Shown one piece after another: positions 57,512-64,000 of a DNA stretch of 64,000 bases. The notes beneath the pieces were generated by a model. The model worked only from the letters and a program-made list of their open reading frames with translations. It did not search any database and had not been told where the DNA came from. This DNA comes from an uncultured Alphaproteobacteria bacterium. Its GTDB lineage: Bacteria; Pseudomonadota; Alphaproteobacteria; Rhizobiales; Hyphomicrobiaceae. The stretch spans positions 168,898 to 232,897 of the forward strand of contig CAWFOR010000026.1 of assembly GCA_963817485.1 (NCBI GenBank), given 5' to 3'. Numbering within the stretch: position 1 is the stretch's first letter; every line of letters begins with the position of its first letter. The position numbers and the translations under genes are program-made.

Positions 57512-58265
57512 AGGGCGCCGGGGCACCCCGGACCGAGCGCAGGAACGTGGTCAGGCAATCGGTTGCGTAGTGAATATGGTCGGGCAGTTCGCGCCAGTTG
57601 CGCATCTGCAGCTGCGCCGGGTGGTCGACATAATCGGAATGGACGAGCACGGTCGTCATGCCGAGCGCGTGCGGGGCCTCGAGGTTATGCGGCATGTCCT
57701 CGAACATGGCCGCCTCGCGCACGGCCACGCCATGGCGCTTAACCATGCGGTCGAAGGCGTCGGCGGAGGGCTTTGCCACGTACTCGCAGGCGGCGATGTC
57801 GCAGATGTCCTCGAACAGGTGGAGGACGCCGAGCTTCTCGGCGACGCGCTCGGCGTGGCGGCGCGAGCCGTTGGTGAAAATGAGCCTGCGGCCGGGCAGC
57901 GCCTCCACCGCGGCCGCCAGCTCCGGCAGCTGCGGCACGGGGGAGAGGTCGATGTCGTGCACGTAGTCGAGGAAGCCTTGCGGCTCGAGCTTGTGCACCT
58001 GCATGAGGCCCGTAAGCGTCGTGCCGAACTGGCGGTAGTAGGTCTTCTGCAGGTAGCGGGCGTGCTCGAAGGGCACGTCCAGATACTCGGCGATGAACTT
58101 GCCCATGCGCCGGTCGACCTCGGCGAAGAGGTTGCACTGCGCGGGGTAGAGCGTGTTGTCGAGGTCGAAGATCCAGGTGGCGGTATCGGCAAAGCCGCGC
58201 TTTGATTTGGCGGCCACGGATTGCTCCGTGCCTTGCAGGGCTCGGCGCTGTCCCGACACAGTCAT
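57510..58265 (-). CDS. Pyrimidine 5'-nucleotidase (HAD family)
   Basis: [43 protein letters not shown]. Confidence 0.92.
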   Translation of the reverse strand: MTVSGQRRALQGTEQSVAAKSKRGFADTATWIFDLDNTLYPAQCNLFAEVDRRMGKFIAEYLDVPFEHARYLQKTYYRQFGTTLTGLMQVHKLEPQGFLDYVHDIDLSPVPQLPELAAAVEALPGRRLIFTNGSRRHAERVAEKLGVLHLFEDICDIAACEYVAKPSADAFDRMVKRHGVAVREAAMFEDMPHNLEAPHALGMTTVLVHSDYVDHPAQLQMRNWRELPDHIHYATDCLTTFLRSVRGAPAP

Positions 58266-59218
58266 TTGAGCCGCGCCCGCGCTTTCTGCCGCGCACTGCA
58301 CACGAGCGTGCCGACGCCGTGGGTGGTGAACAGCTCGAGCAGCACGCAGTGGGGGACGCGCCCGTCGATGATGACGACGCCTTCGACGCCGGCTTCGACC
58401 ACCTCTATGCAACCTTCGATCTTGGGGATCATGCCGCCCGAGATGGCGCCGCTCTTGATGAGTGCGCGCGCTTCCTCGATCGAAAGCTCGTGCACGAGCT
58501 CCTTGTTCTTGTCGAGCACGCCCTCGACGTCCGTGAGCAGCAGGAGCCGCTTCGCCTTCATGCGGGCGGCGAGCGCGCTCGCGAACGTGTCGGCGTTGAT
58601 GTTCAGCGTCTCGCCCTCCCGGCTCACGCCGATCGGCGCGATCACGGGGATGAGGTCGGAGCCGGAGATCACCTCCACAATGTGCGGGTTGACCTCGACG
58701 GGTTCACCCACGTAGCCGATGTCGACCGCCTTGACGACGTTCGACTCCGGGTCCGGCATCTCGGTGATCTTGCGGGCGATCATCAGGTTGGCATCCTTGC
58801 CGCAGATGCCGACGGCCTTGCCGCCCTGCCGGTTGATGGCCGACACGATGTCCTTGTTGATCTGGCCGGCGAGCACCATCTCGACGACCTCGACCGTCGT
58901 CTTGTCGGTGACGCGCAGCCCGTGCACGAAGTCCGATGTGATGTGCAGTTTCTTGAGCATGGCCGCGATCTGCGGCCCGCCGCCGTGCACGACGATGGGG
59001 TTCACGCCCGACTGCTTCAGGTAGACGACGTCCTGCGCGAAGGCGTCGGCCAGCGCGGCATCGACCATGGCGTGGCCGCCGAACTTGATGACCACGGTCT
59101 GGTCGTCGTAGCGGATGAGGTGCGGCAGCGCCTCCGCCAGGATGCGCGCCTGCACGTGCGGCGAAAGCTCGGCCTCTGCCGCCCCGCCCTGCGGCTGCGA
59201 TTTCGTCTTCATGCTCAA
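58262..59218 (-). CDS. argB: Acetylglutamate kinase
   Basis: [42 protein letters not shown]. Confidence 0.98.
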   Translation of the reverse strand: MSMKTKSQPQGGAAEAELSPHVQARILAEALPHLIRYDDQTVVIKFGGHAMVDAALADAFAQDVVYLKQSGVNPIVVHGGGPQIAAMLKKLHITSDFVHGLRVTDKTTVEVVEMVLAGQINKDIVSAINRQGGKAVGICGKDANLMIARKITEMPDPESNVVKAVDIGYVGEPVEVNPHIVEVISGSDLIPVIAPIGVSREGETLNINADTFASALAARMKAKRLLLLTDVEGVLDKNKELVHELSIEEARALIKSGAISGGMIPKIEGCIEVVEAGVEGVVIIDGRVPHCVLLELFTTHGVGTLVCSARQKARARLK

Positions 59219-59456
59219 TGCTCAGGCCTTGCGCTTCCGCTGCCGTAACCCGGGCTGCGCGACAAAATGGATGTCCCCGCAACCGATTGACCGCTCTTAT
59301 ACCGCCAAGGCGCGCGACCTCAACGGATTTCCCCCACAATCGGGTGCTAGCGCAACGCGCTTGCGCGCCCGTATACCTGCCATGGCGGTGCCGATACGTT
59401 AACACCCGGCAGGAGGTAGGCTGGGCGGCGATCGGTTGCCGCGGGGAGAGGTTTGA

Positions 59457-61188
59457 ATGATTGCCGACGACCTGAGCCGCATCTCCATGTCGGCCGGCCT
59501 CGCGACCACCGTATCGCGGGCCGTCGACTATGCGCGTGGACAGGGCCACCAAGACGTATTGCTCGAGCACATGTTGATGGCGCTGTGCGACGACCCGGAC
59601 GCAGCCCTGGTGCTGGCTGCCAGCAACATCGACGTGGCGCGTTTGCGTGCGGACGTGGCGGACTACTTGGCTGGCGTCGAACGGCGCGTGGCCCCGCACG
59701 GGCAGACGTTCGATCCGGTGGTGTCGACGGACCTGCTGCGCATCCTGGAGGCGGCGGCCGCTGCTGCGCGCGGTGGAAAGCGACGGGAAATCAACGGCGC
59801 GATCGTGCTCGCGGCCATCGTCGGCGACGGCAAGAGCCCCGCGGCGCACTTCATGCGCGCGCAAGGACTGACGTTCGAAGGCGCGATCCGCGCCCTGCAG
59901 ACGAGCCGGCAGGCTACCGCTCCGGCACCGGCGACCGCCGGTGACATCCTCGCCAACGCGCGAGAGCGCGTGCAGGCGCGGACGCGAGGGCCGGTGTACC
60001 CCGCACCGCAGGCCGATGCCGTACCGGCGCCGCCGTCACCCCCGGAGCCTGAGCCCGAGCCGGACCTCGATGAGGTTTACGCCGAGATCGGCGAGCCGAT
60101 CGAAGAGGTGGAGGAGGCACAGCCTGCGGCCTTCGCGCCAGGCGCGGGCGGCTCTGAATGGAACGTCAGCAACGAACAGCACAACCAACCAGACCACGAG
60201 GGGCTCGACGAGGCACAGCCCGCCGAAGAAGCGGGCTACGAGGACGAGCCTCCACAGATGCCGGCGTCCGCTCCCTTTCCGCCGCCGCTTCCGCTTCCCG
60301 GACGCGCCGGATTTTTCGCCAGCGCCTGCCCTGCGCGACTTCGATCGGAAGCTCGCTGCTCCCGCGTTTGGACCACCTAGCCTGCCGCCGGTTCCGTCCG
60401 CGCGCCAACCTTCCTCGGTGCCCTGGCCGGATGTCATGCCCGAGCTGCCGGGGGTAGGCTCCAGCGACACGCGGCGTCCTCGTGTCGAGGGCATCGGAGC
60501 CGCCGCCGATCATCGCCCCACGCTTGCCGAGCGCGCGCGCCGGTTCGAGCAAGGCGGTGACCGCGCGCCTCCCCCGCCCCCGCCTCTGGGCGCGAGCCGG
60601 ACGCCTTCAGTGCCACAGGGTGCGCGTCCCGCGGGGGCACGTGTGCGCGCCGAGGTTGGTCAGCTCGTCGAGAACATCCCGCGCTCAATGCGCGTCGCTG
60701 TGCCGGTGCTGGTCGAGGCCCGCATCGCCCGTGCCGACGTGCAAAACCTATCGGAAGGCATGCGGGGTGGAGGTGCCGCCCAGCAGCACGAGATCAAGAT
60801 CACACGCGTGATGTCGGTGAGCTTGCGTGCGCCGGACGGCGGCTTCTTCATCGAGAGCGCTTCGCCCGAGACGCAGTTCATCGACGGGACGCACTCGCTT
60901 TCGGCGGACGATTTCGCGAGCTGGCGCTGGCACGTGACGCCGCGCGAGAAAGGCAAGAAGCGGCTGCAGCTCGTGATCTCGGGGCGCGCTGTCGCCGATG
61001 GGATCATCGCGGAGACCGCGCTGCCCGATCAGGTCATCAGCGTGCGCGTAAGGACCAACTACGGGCGCTCCTTCGCGCGCGGCTTCGGCTGGGTCGTCGC
61101 CGCCGTAGCCGGCGGCCTGATAGCGAGGTTCGGCGAGGGCGCCTTCGACGCCGGCTGGCAGATCCTCTCGCACTTCATCCACAAGTGA
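59457..61188 (+). CDS. Clp N-terminal (repeat) domain protein with long Pro/Glu linker, C-terminal globular domain and terminal hydrophobic helix; apparent frameshift near 60295
   Basis: LEHMLMAL.DDPDA..VL, LLRILE.A, INGAIVLAAI in 59457..60380. The downstream frame gives GQLVENIPRSM...WRWHVTP...FGWVVAAVAGGLIARFG. No AAA+ domain. Confidence 0.7.
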
Positions 61189-61201
61189 ACCACCGCGGGC
61201 G

Positions 61202-61846
61202 CTAGCTGCGCTCGGCCACGATACCGGCAATCGCTGCGCGCAGGTCTCCGACGCCGAGGGCCTTCTCTGACGATGTGACGATCAGGCCCGGATAGGCAGC
61301 CGCGTGCGTCTTCAGTGCCCCGGTCGTGGATTCGACGACCTTCTCGAGTTCGTGTGCGCCGATCTTGTCGGCCTTCGTCAGCACCACCTGGTAGGACACC
61401 GCCGCGGTATCGAGCATTTTCATGACCTCGAGGTCGGGCGGCTTGAGGCCATGGCGCGCGTCGATGAGCAGGAACACGCGCGCGAGCGTGACGCGGCCAC
61501 GCAGGTAGTCGGAGACGAGCGCCGTCCACGCCGCGACCTTTTCCTTCGGCGCCTTGGCGAAGCCGTAGCCCGGCATGTCGACGAGAAAGAGCGGCGCGTC
61601 GGCGGCCTGGAAGAAATTGAGCTCCTGCGTGCGCCCCGGCGTGTTGGAGGTGCGCGCGAGGCCGCCCTGGCGCACGAGCGCGTTCAAGAGGCTCGATTTG
61701 CCGACGTTGGAGCGGCCGGCAAAGGCGATCTCGATGCGGTCGGCGGGAGGGAGGAACTCAAGACCGGGCGCGCTTTTCAATATCTCCCACGGCCGCTCGA
61801 ACAGGCGGTCGCCGGCCGCGAGCAAGGATGGGTCCGGCTCCGCCAT
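61202..61846 (-). CDS. engB: Ribosome biogenesis GTPase EngB/YihA
   Basis: [36 protein letters not shown]. Confidence 0.97.
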   Translation of the reverse strand: MAEPDPSLLAAGDRLFERPWEILKSAPGLEFLPPADRIEIAFAGRSNVGKSSLLNALVRQGGLARTSNTPGRTQELNFFQAADAPLFLVDMPGYGFAKAPKEKVAAWTALVSDYLRGRVTLARVFLLIDARHGLKPPDLEVMKMLDTAAVSYQVVLTKADKIGAHELEKVVESTTGALKTHAAAYPGLIVTSSEKALGVGDLRAAIAGIVAERS

Positions 61847-61872
61847 GAAGACCTCGCGCCTCTGCGCAACCG

Positions 61873-63807
61873 CTAGGTGCGGTGTTTGTCCTTGGCCGGC
61901 GGCTTGCCGTCCGTGCCTGGCTTGTGGTCGGACGTGCTCCCGCCCCCGTTCTTGCGCGGCATCATTTGCTTTGCCGCCGAGCCGACGAGGCCGCCCGCAC
62001 TGGTTAGCGCGGCGAGCTTGCTCTTCAGGTTGGCGATGAGGTGGATCTCGGCGCCGTGCTTCTTCATGATGTAGGACTGCTGCGCGAGCGACAGCGTGTT
62101 GCTCCAGGCCCAGTAGATCACGAGACCCGCCGGGAACGAGGCGAGCATGAACGTGAACATCACGGGCATCCAACTGAAGATCTGCTGCTGAACGGGATCG
62201 GCCTGCTGCGGGTTGAGCTGCATTTGCAGCCACATGGTGATGCCCATGAGCAGCGGCCACACGCCGATGTGGAGGAACTCCGGCACGTGATAGGGCAGGA
62301 GCCCGAACAGGTTGAACAGCGACGTGGGATCGGGCGCCGACAGGTCCTTGATCCAGCCGAAGAACGGCGCATGCCGCATGTCGAGCGTGATGAACAGCAC
62401 CTTGTAGAGAGCGAAGAACACCGGCAACTGCAAGAGCACCGGCATGCAGCCGGCGATCGGATTGACCTTCGCGTCGCGATAAAGGTCCATCTGCGCTTGC
62501 TGCAGCTTCGTCTTGTCGTCCTTGTAGCGCTCGCGCAGCGCCTCGATCTGCGGCTGCAGCTTCTTCATCTTCGCCATCGAGGCGTACTGCTTGCTCGCAA
62601 GCGGGAAGAACGCGAGCCGCACGAGCACCGTCAGGATGAGGATGGTCACGCCGAAGTTGTGCACGACCGAGTTGATGGCTTCCATCAGGTAGAAGAGCGG
62701 CTTCGTAATGAAGAAGAACCAGCCCCAGTCGATCAGGAGATCGAACTGCTTGATGCCCTCGTTCACCTCGTAGGCCTGCAGGACCTTCACTTCCTTGGCG
62801 CCCGCGAAGAGCTTGTCCTCGACGGCGACGGTTTGCCCCGGAGGAATAGCGACGGCGTCGCGCAGGTAGTCGGTCTGGTAGGCAGCCAGCTCGCCCGGCT
62901 TCTCCGGCCAGCCTTTGAACTGGGCGTGATAGACGGCCTTCTGGTCGGGGACGAGGGCGGAGGCCCAATACTTGTCGGTGAAGCCGAGCCAGCCGGCGGT
63001 TGCCGGCTCGAAGGTGCGGGTCCCGTCATCCACCGCAGCCGTATACTTGCTCTTCTGCTCGCCTTGCTCGCCGATGACGCCGATGAGGCCCTCGTGCATG
63101 ATCCAGTTGCCCTGGACGTGCGGCGTGCCTTCGCGGCGGATACGTGCGTAAGGCGCGAGCGACACCTCGGTGGTGCCCTTGTTCTCGACCGCATCGACAA
63201 TCTTGAACATGTACTTGTCGTCGATGGAGAGCGCACGCTTGAAGACGAGACCCTGGCCGTTGTCCCACTGCAGCGTCACCGGCGTCGCGGGCGTCAGTGT
63301 CGGCTGACCCTCGACCGTCCACAGCGTGTCGCGATCGGGGAGCTTCGTCTGCGCACCGCCCTGCGGCACCCAGCCGTACTCGGCGAAATAGGGCTGCGGG
63401 CTGTTGGTCGGCGAGAACAGCGTGACGTTGGGGCTCTTGGGGTCGACGGTCTCGTGGTAGCGCACGAGCACGAGGTCGTCGATGCGCCCGCCCTTCAGCG
63501 CGATCGAGCCTCTGAGCGAGGGCGTCTCGACCGGGATGCGGGGCGAGGCTGCGATCGCCTCCTCGCGCGTCTGCGCCGTCGCGGCAGCCGGCCCCGCGGC
63601 CGGCACCGTTCCCTGCGGCGTGGCGTTGGGCGATGGGACGCCACTGTCCGGCGTCGCCGTCGGGGGCGTCACCTGCTGCGACTGCTCCTGCGCCCGCCGC
63701 TTGGCTTCCTGCGGCCGCGCATAGAAGTATTCCCACGCGACCAGCACCGCCATCGACAGCACCACGGCGAGGATCAGGTTTTTGTATTGATCGGGGTCTT
63801 GCTGCAT
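61873..63807 (-). CDS. yidC: Membrane protein insertase YidC
   Basis: [72 protein letters not shown]. Confidence 0.98.
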   Translation of the reverse strand: MQQDPDQYKNLILAVVLSMAVLVAWEYFYARPQEAKRRAQEQSQQVTPPTATPDSGVPSPNATPQGTVPAAGPAAATAQTREEAIAASPRIPVETPSLRGSIALKGGRIDDLVLVRYHETVDPKSPNVTLFSPTNSPQPYFAEYGWVPQGGAQTKLPDRDTLWTVEGQPTLTPATPVTLQWDNGQGLVFKRALSIDDKYMFKIVDAVENKGTTEVSLAPYARIRREGTPHVQGNWIMHEGLIGVIGEQGEQKSKYTAAVDDGTRTFEPATAGWLGFTDKYWASALVPDQKAVYHAQFKGWPEKPGELAAYQTDYLRDAVAIPPGQTVAVEDKLFAGAKEVKVLQAYEVNEGIKQFDLLIDWGWFFFITKPLFYLMEAINSVVHNFGVTILILTVLVRLAFFPLASKQYASMAKMKKLQPQIEALRERYKDDKTKLQQAQMDLYRDAKVNPIAGCMPVLLQLPVFFALYKVLFITLDMRHAPFFGWIKDLSAPDPTSLFNLFGLLPYHVPEFLHIGVWPLLMGITMWLQMQLNPQQADPVQQQIFSWMPVMFTFMLASFPAGLVIYWAWSNTLSLAQQSYIMKKHGAEIHLIANLKSKLAALTSAGGLVGSAAKQMMPRKNGGGSTSDHKPGTDGKPPAKDKHRT

Positions 63808-64000
63808 CCCTTGCCGGCCTACAGCCGTCCTTGTCCGTCGTGAGCTCTCGCCGCAGGCCAGCGATGTGCATCGCACGCGGCGCGCAAGGTCAAATCGTGC
63901 GCCCGTGCGCCCGTGGCAATAGCGGATGAGGCGGGCTTCGCAAATCGGAAACTCTTGGGAAGCGCCATTTGGGCCCTTATTCGGGCTTCCGCGCTCGGCC

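Noticed and set aside
55484-57526. 680-aa ORF that looks like an anti-sigma/fasciclin fusion
   Set aside because: It arises from one extra C at 56674-56678. The middle is shadow-frame sequence, the canonical RskA C-terminal domain sits in another frame, and fasciclin has its own promoter, RBS and signal peptide.
61202-62968. 588-aa ORF suggesting an N-terminally extended EngB
   Set aside because: The extension is an alternate frame of yidC; EngB starts at 61846.

Overview
High-GC alphaproteobacterial chromosomal segment. Gene order, the PqqA peptide and ethylmalonyl-CoA genes suggest Hyphomicrobiales, probably Hyphomicrobiaceae (inference). The backbone is core metabolism: sdhCDA...sdhB, zapE...mdh-sucCD-sucAB-lpdA, xerC/priA, atpHAGDC, rppH/ctpA/envC, etfBA-hbd, argB, engB-yidC. 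Small cargo genes interrupt many operon junctions. About 20 frameshifts, several in essential genes (sucA, priA, atpG, atpD), point to indel errors in the assembly rather than real pseudogenes. No rRNA, tRNA, CRISPR array, transposase or prophage was seen; xerC is a housekeeping recombinase. Best leads: (1) a stand-alone 29-aa pqqA with its own RBS and terminator, missed by the ORF track, inside an ~8 kb block that separates sdhA from sdhB and also holds an MxcQE-like two-component system and three Cys-paired secreted proteins; (2) an ohr gene and a CC...CPFC protein embedded in the F1 ATPase operon; (3) a Clp N-domain / Pro-Glu linker / membrane-anchored protein; (4) an unannotated 48-aa histone-like peptide; (5) an identical GAAACC-N15-CGTA promoter motif upstream of both an ECF sigma gene and a fasciclin gene.
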